Shown in pieces: positions 15,465 to 24,872 of a stretch of DNA of 50,392 nucleotides. Position numbers and translations under genes: made by a program. Where the stretch lies: IMG/VR virus record IMGVR_UViG_3300048592_000543, positions 1 to 50,392 of that record. One strand, 5' to 3'. Position 1 is the first letter of the stretch, and each line of letters opens with the position of its first letter. The stretch comes from a virus (taxonomy: Duplodnaviria; Caudoviricetes). The notes beneath the pieces are model-generated. The model did not search any database, was not told the DNA's origin, and saw only the letters and a program-made list of their open reading frames with translations.

Positions 15465-16543
15465 TATTTATCTCTTTCGCTATTTATTTTCTTTAGATTT
15501 AAGCACAGCCTTGAAACATAATCAACAGCAACAAACACATGCTTTGTATACGTTCCAACGGTAAATTGCATATTGCTTGGTAGCTTGCCGTAAGAAACGC
15601 GCTCGCCTTTGTGATCCAGCCAGAATATTTCAACATCTGATTTGCTTACGTTTGCTATCGTCATATTGACTTTTCTTAGACTGTATTTGCTTTTTGCTTG
15701 CTGTTCTCCACTACAATATTGCTCCGGTGGATCAGGCGGCGGCGGATTTGGGCCTGAATCATCTCTATAGATGATGTGGCTAGTTCCAAAGCCAACGCTA
15801 TTGCATCCATAACCTATTTCCATGTAGCCGCGCTCACCCCAATTCTCAGACCAGGAGTTTTTTAAAATCCATCCTCTCTTTGTCCATCCAACCAACGTAA
15901 CAGCATGGTTGACTTGTGCCGCTAGACCGCAATAATAACCGCCCTGGTATTGCCAAAATGAATTGTCAGCATAGAGAGTAGTCCAGACAGGACCATAGCG
16001 GTAAATCGCTTCTTTGATCGAATTGATATCGTTCGAAACATCGCGCCATGATGTAAGATAATCGATTGCAGAAAGCCCAGATTTACAAGATCCATTTCTA
16101 GCAGTGTATGGATAAAGCCTTGCATCGATACCGCCTTGATACTCCTTGCCTCGATCCATATGGTAGTCATGTAGAGCCCATCCACCAGAACACCCATAGC
16201 TATCCCCATTTTTATAGCTGCAATCGACTAGATATTGCTCAGACAGATCGAGCGTTTTACCGGTTCTTAGCTTGATAACATCCTGTAAAACTGCCGTTGT
16301 TGCAAACGCATAGCAGCTACCACATTGACCTTGGTTTTCAACAGGAGTCAATCCGCTTGTGCGCCAATCAAATGATTCAGGTAATGTTGATCCGCTAGAT
16401 CTGTAAGCGTTTACATTCGGCTTGTAATCTTCTGGGACAATCAAGCCGCGAATGTTTTCGAGATTTGTGTTGTATGGATATTTCGATAGATCGTTTCCGA
16501 ATGCTATCGATGATAGAAAAATTAAAATCATGTATTTCATCAT
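15449..16543 (-). CDS. Secreted papain-family (C1A) cysteine protease with C-terminal VHL-beta-like domain
   Basis: Signal peptide; LPESFDWR, NQGQCGSCYAF, LSEQYLVDC, NHAVTLVGW, WILKNSW; Pro linker; then TIANVS..VEIFWLDHKGERVSYGKL...TYTKHVFVAVD. Confidence 0.9.
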   Translation of the reverse strand: MMKYMILIFLSSIAFGNDLSKYPYNTNLENIRGLIVPEDYKPNVNAYRSSGSTLPESFDWRTSGLTPVENQGQCGSCYAFATTAVLQDVIKLRTGKTLDLSEQYLVDCSYKNGDSYGCSGGWALHDYHMDRGKEYQGGIDARLYPYTARNGSCKSGLSAIDYLTSWRDVSNDINSIKEAIYRYGPVWTTLYADNSFWQYQGGYYCGLAAQVNHAVTLVGWTKRGWILKNSWSENWGERGYMEIGYGCNSVGFGTSHIIYRDDSGPNPPPPDPPEQYCSGEQQAKSKYSLRKVNMTIANVSKSDVEIFWLDHKGERVSYGKLPSNMQFTVGTYTKHVFVAVDYVSRLCLNLKKINSERDKYWKIE

Positions 16544-17427
16544 AAACCAATCCATCCTGAAAAAATTATTGTTCCTGATGTGTTAAAACTTGTGCAAGCA
16601 ACAGCTGCTAATGCTGTAGTATAAATATAAAATTGATCTGTTCCGCTTGTACTCATTAAGCTAATTTGTGAACCATATCCAGCAGTAGAAAATATTTGTA
16701 ATGGATAAGAATATGATGTCGATCCATATGGATCAAATGGCATTGTTATATATGTGTTTCCAGACAAAGAACCATCATTACCAGACCAAAAAACCTTACC
16801 AAATATAAAAACACCATTTCCCATTCTTACATAATAACCCTCACCAGATTGTCCAGTAAATGAACCGGAATTGCATGATATAACAGGAGTCCAAGTGTTT
16901 ACCGTATAATTTGATAATGTTGATGAACCCCCAGCAATACCGATACCATTTGCAAAATCAACTTTTCCAGTGCTTGCTATAGACATCCTCTTAAAACTAT
17001 CCGAAGTCCCCCCAGCATAAAAATCAATTCCACCGCTCGCATGTCTCGCGCCTAGAATCAATCCACCGCTCAAATTATCATCGGCAGAAAGAGAAAAAGC
17101 ATCCTGCCTAAATAGTCCATTTGTTGTATATGTAGGACCTTGAACGGTTAGCTTTGCATCTCCAGAATTTTGCCCAATCTCAATACCTGATTGTGATGAT
17201 GTTGTATTACCAGTTCCTTTAACAGCCATCGCACCACTTGTTGCCGATACAGTGCTAACACCAGAATTAGCTTCGAGAAGCTTATTGCTTTTAACCGTTG
17301 ATCCAGTAGCAGCATCTAAGATTAGATTGCCATTTGGAGCGGTGATTTTTTTATCAACTCCAAATGCTAGCATTGACGTTATTGATAGAAGCACTAACAA
17401 AAAATATTTGAATTTACTCATGATCAT
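16540..17427 (-). CDS. Tail-fibre-like protein with N-terminal signal-peptide-like segment
   Basis: G/S/T-rich shaft (KRMSIASTGKV); C-terminal YTVNTWTPVI...GYYVRMGNGVFI...FSGW receptor-binding-type domain. Confidence 0.65.
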   Translation of the reverse strand: MIMSKFKYFLLVLLSITSMLAFGVDKKITAPNGNLILDAATGSTVKSNKLLEANSGVSTVSATSGAMAVKGTGNTTSSQSGIEIGQNSGDAKLTVQGPTYTTNGLFRQDAFSLSADDNLSGGLILGARHASGGIDFYAGGTSDSFKRMSIASTGKVDFANGIGIAGGSSTLSNYTVNTWTPVISCNSGSFTGQSGEGYYVRMGNGVFIFGKVFWSGNDGSLSGNTYITMPFDPYGSTSYSYPLQIFSTAGYGSQISLMSTSGTDQFYIYTTALAAVACTSFNTSGTIIFSGWIGL

Positions 17428-17454
17428 TCTCCTTTTTTGTTTTTATAGTTCAGC
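17428..17454. repeat. 27-bp direct repeat, copy 1
   Basis: TCTCCTTTTTTGTTTTTATAGTTCAGC, identical to 18443-18469. Confidence 0.9.
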
Positions 17455-18435
17455 ATCCCAAACGATTGTTGCCGTAGTGTTTCCAGCAACGCGAGTCAAC
17501 GCGCACCCATTGCCAGCGACTAGACCAGCGGCGACTTCAAGCGATAGATAACCCTGATCGATACTGTTTGCCGTTCCTGCGATTGTAACGCCAACAGGAT
17601 TCGCGGTGTTATCGTCGTCAATGGCTTGATATACGGTAGCAAGCCCGAACGATGGAGTAGGCACCTTTCGCATTGGCACAGGAAAAACAACCGATCCCTC
17701 AAACAGTGTTGTTGACGATGCTTTGCCAACAGCGAAAACCTGCTTGTGACCATCGCCATCAGAATTCGCGCCATCCACAAAACACGATCTCAGGCAAAGC
17801 AAATAGTCATCATACTGAGTAGCACCGGCTCTTTGCCAAGGCATTGCTTCAGTCCCGATATTTAGACAAGCTTGTGTTGCTTCGATATGCTGGCCATCTG
17901 TTGGCGAACCAGTCAACGAGATGTAAGGAGCAATAGTTTTTGCTGTCGCTGGTACGGTAGCGCAAATCAAAAACCGCTTGAACATTCCAGACAATCTTGC
18001 ATAAGAAATTGCTGTAGATGCAACGGTAGTTCCAGCAAGAATTGTTGCTGGATCCGCATTAACACCCGCAACATACTTGATTAATAAATTGACATTTCCA
18101 GCAGCCAAACCAGATGATTTTCTGAGGTAAACGGAAAACACCACTTTCCTTGTCACCATCGGCAAAACCGATTCAGTTTCGATTGGCTGAAGTAACGCAA
18201 TACCAGTTCCAGCGCCTCTTGTGACGTTCTTGATTCTAACGCCATACTTATGCAATCCAATCAAACCTGGTGCTGTTGAAATATCTTGGCGCGAAACCTC
18301 TACTGATGTGTGATCGTGAGATAACCACCAGCGATCTAATCCGTAGGTGGTAGTCAATGTTTGATTTCCAGAGACAATTCGCTGTGCGGTTTCAAAGCCA
18401 GAATTCACTAAAAAGTTTTTTGTTTCGTATTTCAT
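17443..18435 (-). CDS. Tail-associated carbohydrate-binding-like protein (paralog A)
   Basis: NFLVNSGFETAQR...DRWW...FPVPMRKVP...DAEL pattern common in phage tail proteins. Confidence 0.7.
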   Translation of the reverse strand: MKYETKNFLVNSGFETAQRIVSGNQTLTTTYGLDRWWLSHDHTSVEVSRQDISTAPGLIGLHKYGVRIKNVTRGAGTGIALLQPIETESVLPMVTRKVVFSVYLRKSSGLAAGNVNLLIKYVAGVNADPATILAGTTVASTAISYARLSGMFKRFLICATVPATAKTIAPYISLTGSPTDGQHIEATQACLNIGTEAMPWQRAGATQYDDYLLCLRSCFVDGANSDGDGHKQVFAVGKASSTTLFEGSVVFPVPMRKVPTPSFGLATVYQAIDDDNTANPVGVTIAGTANSIDQGYLSLEVAAGLVAGNGCALTRVAGNTTATIVWDAEL

Positions 18436-18442
18436 TTTTATA

Positions 18443-18469
18443 TCTCCTTTTTTGTTTTTATAGTTCAGC
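18443..18469. repeat. 27-bp direct repeat, copy 2
   Basis: Identical to 17428-17454. Confidence 0.9.
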
Positions 18470-19456
18470 GTCGGCAGCTATATTACCGCCAGCGCTCCCA
18501 CCACCAGCAGTATCCCTAGATAAAGATACTCTCAAATATTCGTTTGCAGATGTTGAATATGTTGGAGTATTCAATAAATCAACGGATAAAGATAATTCTG
18601 TTAAATCAGGGTTTCTTCTCATTATAACAGGATATGGAAAAATTGGAGCCTCTGTTAAATATCCCGCATTTCCTGCTACATATCCAACATATGACCATCT
18701 TCTGTTACAAAAATACCTCTGACACAACGCAAGCTCACCACCGATAGTTTTTCCAGCGCGGATGAATGGAGCGGCAACAGAACCAATGTTGAGCATTGCT
18801 TGTGTTGCATCAACATTCTGCCCATCTGTAGGATTTCCAGCCATTTCTATATAAGCGGCAATAGTTCTTGCTGAAAACGGAACAAGTGCTGTCAATGAAT
18901 AACGCAACCAATTAGTAGATAATTCTCCGTTGGTAATAGTTTTAGATGCTAGTAAAGCTCCTGTACTCATTGTTAATGCCGAAACATCTGTAGATGATGA
19001 ATGAATTAAACCAAGCATCATATTACCAGATACTAAACCAGATGATTTTCTAAGATAGATACTGAATGTAATTGTTTTACCGACAAATGGGATTACATTC
19101 ATAGTCTCTATAACTTGCATTAGATTGATATATGTCCCAGATCCCCTTGTTGTGTTTGTTATTCTAGCATAGGCTTGCGTTCCGTTTAACCCAGGATCGC
19201 CTGTAATGTTCTGCCTACTTATAGTGACCGCTGTATGATTATGTTTTAACCACCATCTATCAATTCCATAGGTTTGTGATGTTGTTTGGTTTCCAGTTCC
19301 AATTCTCTGAGCAAAATCCATTCCCCCATTTATCAAATAATTATCCGCCGAAACATCAGGCGACAACACACTATCCGCTTGCAGGTTTTCAAGCTTTGTT
19401 GTCACTCCGGTTCTGCCGAGTATCCTGTTTAATATACCTGCTTTTGATGCAATCAT
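18458..19456 (-). CDS. Tail-associated carbohydrate-binding-like protein (paralog B)
   Basis: NYLINGGMDFAQR...DRWW...ELALCQRYF...DAEL; clearly homologous to 17443-18435. Confidence 0.72.
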   Translation of the reverse strand: MIASKAGILNRILGRTGVTTKLENLQADSVLSPDVSADNYLINGGMDFAQRIGTGNQTTSQTYGIDRWWLKHNHTAVTISRQNITGDPGLNGTQAYARITNTTRGSGTYINLMQVIETMNVIPFVGKTITFSIYLRKSSGLVSGNMMLGLIHSSSTDVSALTMSTGALLASKTITNGELSTNWLRYSLTALVPFSARTIAAYIEMAGNPTDGQNVDATQAMLNIGSVAAPFIRAGKTIGGELALCQRYFCNRRWSYVGYVAGNAGYLTEAPIFPYPVIMRRNPDLTELSLSVDLLNTPTYSTSANEYLRVSLSRDTAGGGSAGGNIAADAEL

Positions 19457-19473
19457 TTTGTTTACCTCACTAA

Positions 19474-20556
19474 TTAATTTCTTACTAATCTTATGCCATA
19501 TCCAGACCCATTTCCATTTGTGTCTTCGCCGCCGCCAGTTACTTTAATGCTTATATTTCCATTTATAAACTGTCCAGTATTGTTTGTTAGTCTAAAAGTT
19601 ACAGCATCAGACGTGTAAATGTAAGTTATTGTTGCTCCACTTTGTACAGGTGTAATAATTCCAGTTTGCAAACTTGTTGTTGATGAATTATTTTTGACTA
19701 TATCGTGATAGTAACCATAAACAACACTTCCAGCGTTACCATATCCGCCAAATCGTATTTCAATAACAGCCATGGCATAGTTATCATCAAAATACAAAAC
19801 CCAAGGATCTGTCGATGATCCTGAAGATATATTAAAACCCCTTGCATCTTCGTTATATCCCCAGTAACCGCTGTCATATCCGGACAACTTAACACCATCA
19901 TATCTTACACCAAAGGCCCTTGAATCAGTGCTAGCACCAAGCGCTGTGTACGATAAACTTGCCGATCCAGGATGATAAAGACCTAAAAAACCATCTGCTT
20001 GCGCTCCTGTATAATCCTCTAATTGGATTAGTGTTGTTTTGTATGTACTGTTTGAGTTTCTCAATCTTAATATAGAATTTGGATTTCCAGCATCATCATT
20101 AACATGCAAACTCGCCGCAGGATCATTTGTACCAATCCCCACAAATCCATTATTTTTGCCATGAAAAACTAAATTACTATTTACAGTCATACTTAAAAAA
20201 GGATTATTTGAAGGATTTTTTCCTCCCCATATTTGCCAATAATTTGTTGCTGAATTGTATCCAGATATTAATTGTTGATAATTTGCAGAGTCTGTAGTGC
20301 TTTCCAGGCGTATCATTTCATTACTGCTTGATTTAATATTAAGTGGATTAGCTGGTGTTGCCGTTCCAATCCCAACACGATTGTTGCTTGTATCAACAGC
20401 CAGCGTATTGTTGTCAAAATTCAAAACTCCAGTGATTTTTGAAATGAATGCTTGAAATTTCGCCTGATCATAAACAGCCTTATCAACAGCTGCTACCGAT
20501 AGCGCAACAAGCAAAAAGAAAAATACACCACCAAAAAATGCTTTTGTGTTTTTCAT
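19474..20556 (-). CDS. Tail-fibre-like protein with N-terminal signal-peptide-like segment
   Basis: NRVGIGTATP and GFVGIGTNDP beta-helix repeats; ATG overlaps the upstream TAA. Confidence 0.65.
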   Translation of the reverse strand: MKNTKAFFGGVFFFLLVALSVAAVDKAVYDQAKFQAFISKITGVLNFDNNTLAVDTSNNRVGIGTATPANPLNIKSSSNEMIRLESTTDSANYQQLISGYNSATNYWQIWGGKNPSNNPFLSMTVNSNLVFHGKNNGFVGIGTNDPAASLHVNDDAGNPNSILRLRNSNSTYKTTLIQLEDYTGAQADGFLGLYHPGSASLSYTALGASTDSRAFGVRYDGVKLSGYDSGYWGYNEDARGFNISSGSSTDPWVLYFDDNYAMAVIEIRFGGYGNAGSVVYGYYHDIVKNNSSTTSLQTGIITPVQSGATITYIYTSDAVTFRLTNNTGQFINGNISIKVTGGGEDTNGNGSGYGIRLVRN

Positions 20557-22949
20557 TATACAATCCTCCAATCGTCTGTTCCGTTGTAAACTAATTCGCA
20601 GCTATCACCTGCGGTAGTAAGATCCAAATCGTCACTCGCGCCATGAATCTTTTTACCGTTTCTAGCAATGCGCACATAGTCGGTTAATGACCACGTTCCA
20701 TCAAAATCAATGACACGAACCTTATCGCCAAGAGATGGATTTGCTGGCAATGTCAAAATCATTTGACCGGTAGGATTAGCAAGAACCTCATCCCATGTCA
20801 CCAACGAATATGCCGCGCTTTTAACCAGCGTTTGCCATGACTTTGCTGGAACGAAAGAAGCATTCGCGCCACAATATGCCGTCACCTTGCAATTTGTCGA
20901 ACCGCCAAGAATTGCAGCAAGTGTTTGACCGGTTTGCTGCGCGATGAGTGTTGATGATGCTTTGAGATAACTTGCAGCATCGTGTTGCTCCCAATACCCA
21001 GAGCCAAGGTCAACTTCAAGGATGAGTTTCGGAACACCAGGAAGACCATGTGAAAGTGTTGCGGCGAACATCGTATCTAGGTTAGTCGCTGTATCGATCC
21101 ATTCCTTAGCCCTTGCCGCGCTCACAGATCCTGCAAGCCCTTTGTTTAAAAGATCGAGCTTGACTGTTGATGTTGATGACTGTCCACTTAGATCGACATA
21201 AAGATCGTTTTCATCGATATCAACGATGTAGTCGAGAAGATCTCTTTTGAAATCTCCATTTGCAATCTGAGATTTCCAATCTTGATTTGCTGGCGCTAAA
21301 CCTGCATTATGCGATATTTTTGCAGCGTATACTTTCCAGATTTCATCATCAGAGAATGCATTGCCATTGCAGAAAAAGAATTCATCGATTAGACCGATAA
21401 AATAATTACCGCCTGTGTTTCTGCCAAGCTCAAAAATAGGTGTTCCAGCTGGGTTTAATCCAGCTGGCAAAACATGAGAACCAATAAGCACACTATTAAC
21501 ATATAAATAAAATGTGTTTTCACTTGCGACATATTTCAAGAGAGCGTGTAACCATTCGCTTGCCGTTAATGAATATGAATAGTTCACCTCAGTGTTTCCA
21601 GATCCATCTGTTGAGCAAACCGTTCTAAAACCTGTAGTTGTCATAAAAAGAATGAATGACCTAAATGCTCCGGCGGTATTCCACTGCGAAAAAAGAGTTT
21701 GAATACTTGCTATTGATGTCGCCTTAAACCATCCACCTGCCGTAAAATTTGTATCACCAGGATTAAAATGCGCATCGGTAGATGATAGATATTGCGAAGA
21801 ACCGTTAAACCCTGCGCATTGATCATCAACACCCATAATACCAATTTGATCAAACAAAACAGTTCCGTTATTTGTCAAATTGTGCGCTAAAGATGTGTTG
21901 CCATCATTAACAGAAGTCAAATTAAAAAAGCTTGTGTTTGCGTATGCAGCGCTAGGAAATGATCCTTGCGCGAGAACATGGCCAGCAGATACTTGATCGG
22001 CGCTACCTGTCGCGCCAACAGTTTTTTCAACACTCGCAACAAGAGGAGAAACGACGATTGAAGGCACCTGAAATTTTGCCGGATAAGTGATCACCGATGT
22101 TGTTGACCATGCCGCCGTTACCCGACGAGTAACGCCGATCTTCACATATCGGAATTGATCGATAGAATCGAAGCCAATTGTTGACAGATAGAAGTTTGTT
22201 GAAACAACAGGAATAAGCTCGCGGTTTGTTCCGGTCACTGGAATTGCTGCCGGTAATCCATATGTGTCAACATATAAATAATATGTGGTATCATCTACCG
22301 GCGTAATCAGTGAATCGAGATCAAAAGTAAGATCTTTCCCAAAATCAGACTCGGCAGTTCCAGCGCCGTCATATGTCGCTAAAATCCTACCATCAGCGGC
22401 AACAAGATAACCGCCTTTGATGACGATTGTGCCATCAGCTGCAACGCTTTGAACCTTGAAAGAGCTATCGCCGGAAGCGCCAGGAATCCACTTCTTGTCA
22501 CTTGCGCGGAAAACTAGCGCCTGTCCTTCTTCGGCACCTGTAGCGATAACATCAGCAAGCTCGTCTAAAACGATTGGATCCTGCAAAACAACAAGAGCTA
22601 TATCTTGCGTTGATCCTGTGTTGTTTGTGACTCTGATGTGCGTCTTTTCGCTGCCTGGTGTCGCCTCGATTGTCCAATCAAGAAGATCATCTCCGGATAC
22701 AAGCGTAAGCTCTCCGGTTCCAGTATTCCAAAGATAAAGATCGTAGCGAAGATCATCGAATGAGCTAACATTAAAATTGTGATCGAATGATTGACTTGCG
22801 CTATCAAGCAGGTTTTCAATCGTGAAATACCTGGCATTCATGTTGTCGCCGATTTTTGTATACAGCGCTTCTATTGAAGCATGTAGCGCGACACCCCCAG
22901 CGGTTCCTAACGCTGGATGGTCAAGCTCTAGCCTGGAAACTATTGTCAT
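20556..22949 (-). CDS. Tail protein with LamG/concanavalin A-like domain
   Basis: FNGSSQYL...FTAGGWFK...WLHALL...LYVN...GLIDEF; C-terminal TLPANPSLGDKVRVID...ELVY fibre-type domain. Confidence 0.8.
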   Translation of the reverse strand: MTIVSRLELDHPALGTAGGVALHASIEALYTKIGDNMNARYFTIENLLDSASQSFDHNFNVSSFDDLRYDLYLWNTGTGELTLVSGDDLLDWTIEATPGSEKTHIRVTNNTGSTQDIALVVLQDPIVLDELADVIATGAEEGQALVFRASDKKWIPGASGDSSFKVQSVAADGTIVIKGGYLVAADGRILATYDGAGTAESDFGKDLTFDLDSLITPVDDTTYYLYVDTYGLPAAIPVTGTNRELIPVVSTNFYLSTIGFDSIDQFRYVKIGVTRRVTAAWSTTSVITYPAKFQVPSIVVSPLVASVEKTVGATGSADQVSAGHVLAQGSFPSAAYANTSFFNLTSVNDGNTSLAHNLTNNGTVLFDQIGIMGVDDQCAGFNGSSQYLSSTDAHFNPGDTNFTAGGWFKATSIASIQTLFSQWNTAGAFRSFILFMTTTGFRTVCSTDGSGNTEVNYSYSLTASEWLHALLKYVASENTFYLYVNSVLIGSHVLPAGLNPAGTPIFELGRNTGGNYFIGLIDEFFFCNGNAFSDDEIWKVYAAKISHNAGLAPANQDWKSQIANGDFKRDLLDYIVDIDENDLYVDLSGQSSTSTVKLDLLNKGLAGSVSAARAKEWIDTATNLDTMFAATLSHGLPGVPKLILEVDLGSGYWEQHDAASYLKASSTLIAQQTGQTLAAILGGSTNCKVTAYCGANASFVPAKSWQTLVKSAAYSLVTWDEVLANPTGQMILTLPANPSLGDKVRVIDFDGTWSLTDYVRIARNGKKIHGASDDLDLTTAGDSCELVYNGTDDWRIV

Positions 22950-22952
22950 CTT

Positions 22953-23360
22953 TTATCTCCCATATGCAGAAAAATTACTTTTCATCTCATGTTCGTTTAA
23001 ATCCTCAACATCGATTTTACCGAAACGATAAACTGATATTTTTTTATTTAGCGTCCACATAACCAGAGCAACATTGATTGTTGGTGTCGGAGCCGAAACA
23101 TTTTTTAAACTAACGCCTTTGATTGCTCGCCACTGGAAAAACCTGAAATCTTGTCCTGGGCATTCAACCACCTTCCTAAGCTCTCCACTAAAGATATTTT
23201 TAGCCTCGATGAAAACCCAAGATAGACCGTTTTTATCAACACACCATGCTTGATTGGCAATATGATCACCACTATGATTCCATTTGCCAATATTGTCAGC
23301 TTTTCCATCCCAATACTCGAAACGGTAGCGAACATCAAAAATTATTGGATCGATTAACAT
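22953..23360 (-). CDS. Hypothetical protein
   Basis: ORF in the tail operon with tight coupling. Confidence 0.7.
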   Translation of the reverse strand: MLIDPIIFDVRYRFEYWDGKADNIGKWNHSGDHIANQAWCVDKNGLSWVFIEAKNIFSGELRKVVECPGQDFRFFQWRAIKGVSLKNVSAPTPTINVALVMWTLNKKISVYRFGKIDVEDLNEHEMKSNFSAYGR

Positions 23361-24073
23361 TTTTCACCAAAACTAAAAATTAATCCCTTAGCAGATTTTC
23401 TTTTTCCATTTGCTACTTCTGATATCCTTCCACAAGATAAACCAGTTTTTCTAGCAGCATCGTTGATGCTGTCATACTTCTCGCCATTAGAACAAATGAT
23501 AGTCTTTTTTTTCAAACTCAATCGTATTTTTTCTTTATGTTCTTCTGTAAGCTTTCTTCCTATCATTTTGCTATATCTTTTTAATTTTGACTCTGGAGCT
23601 TGAGAAGCTATAAACATTTTTTTAATCAAATCAGGATCTCTTTTCCTACCGCTCCAATATCTCGCTATGCTTTTTTCTGGATTATTTCTTTTGGTTTCTG
23701 ATATCAGTCTTCTTGTTTCTTCAGGTCTTTCTTTTCCAAATGTCCAGGTTTTATCCCCCTTTCTCATTTCGCTAAATATTTTGTGAGATCTTTCGTCAAA
23801 TGATCCTTTGCCATATCCACCGCTTGCAACATTGATCAAATCAGCATTGTTTTTTAATTGTTCAGATATATGGAATATTTCCCTATCAAAAGCCTGTTCT
23901 TCAGATAATCCAGACTCAAATATTTTTACTATTGGAAATGCTCCGCTAAATGTTTGATACCATCTTTTACTTCTTTGTAAAAACATATAAGCCCTATTTT
24001 TACAGCCTTTTCCAATATAACGACAATTACCAGCATCATCAAAATGACCATAAACGTAAAAGATGTTATCCAT
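23354..24073 (-). mobile_element. Free-standing GIY-YIG homing endonuclease with NUMOD3/NUMOD1-like repeats
   Basis: FYVYGH...RYIGKG...RA; EEQAFDRE...LIN; RPEETRRLISE, LTEEHKEKIR; YDSINDAARKTG...KSAKGLIF. Confidence 0.85.
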
Positions 24074-24095
24074 AATTTATCCTTTCAAAAATAAA

Positions 24096-24857
24096 TTATA
24101 GAATACCCATTCCCACCGGCAAAGTCATCAACAATTTACTAAAAGCATAAGCAAAACCGGCAATTAGACCGGCAGTGTAAGAATATGCCAGCACAATTTC
24201 CCACTGCAAAAAACCGCCATCAACTTCATCAGATCTTAGGAAAAACCTGAATCTTGGGTGAGCCCTGTCGCCTAAAACTGTATCGCCAGATTTTCCAATG
24301 CTTCCCGCAACGGGAGTCGTCGCGTCAACTTCAGTTCCGGCGTTATTATAAACCATCGCATCGGCGTGCATCGTTATTGCTGTCGCCAAGCTTCTTCCTT
24401 CACCAGCAGCCGCGCCGCCGTTGTCACCATAAATCCGCACCTGCGATCCAATCCGCGCTGGATCAAATTGATTAGCAGTTGAAACCTGCCAATCCATATC
24501 AACATGAAGACCACCAGCCAAACCATCAGCATTGTTTGGACCCGTTGATGCCGATGAATTTCCCATGTTAAGAATCGTCGTAAGATCGTTTGCAGCAGAA
24601 TCAGCGCCGCCATAAGTGAAACCAGTTCCAACACCATATTGTTGCAAAAATGTTTTGAGATCCGTGATTGGATCGATTGTAGCATCGTGACGAATGAAAA
24701 CATTTTTATGACCAGTGTTAGCTGGCTGTGAGATGATCGGCGCATACTGTCCGTTTATGCATGATCCCATGTCAATACCAACGCCATCAGGCCCTTCAAG
24801 ATCATCGTTAAAAGCCGCGCCGTTAATTGTTTCGCTTACTGTCAAAAGAACCGCCAT
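24096..24857 (-). CDS. Putative virion structural (tail tip) protein
   Basis: G/A/D/T-rich ORF in the tail module; AAGGGG RBS. Confidence 0.65.
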   Translation of the reverse strand: MAVLLTVSETINGAAFNDDLEGPDGVGIDMGSCINGQYAPIISQPANTGHKNVFIRHDATIDPITDLKTFLQQYGVGTGFTYGGADSAANDLTTILNMGNSSASTGPNNADGLAGGLHVDMDWQVSTANQFDPARIGSQVRIYGDNGGAAAGEGRSLATAITMHADAMVYNNAGTEVDATTPVAGSIGKSGDTVLGDRAHPRFRFFLRSDEVDGGFLQWEIVLAYSYTAGLIAGFAYAFSKLLMTLPVGMGIL

Positions 24858-24872
24858 TTTTTTCCCCTTTTA

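Noticed and set aside
23354-24095. Group I intron around the GIY-YIG gene
   Set aside because: Only 22 nt upstream and an overlap downstream; flanking genes have their own stop and start; no intron core recognised
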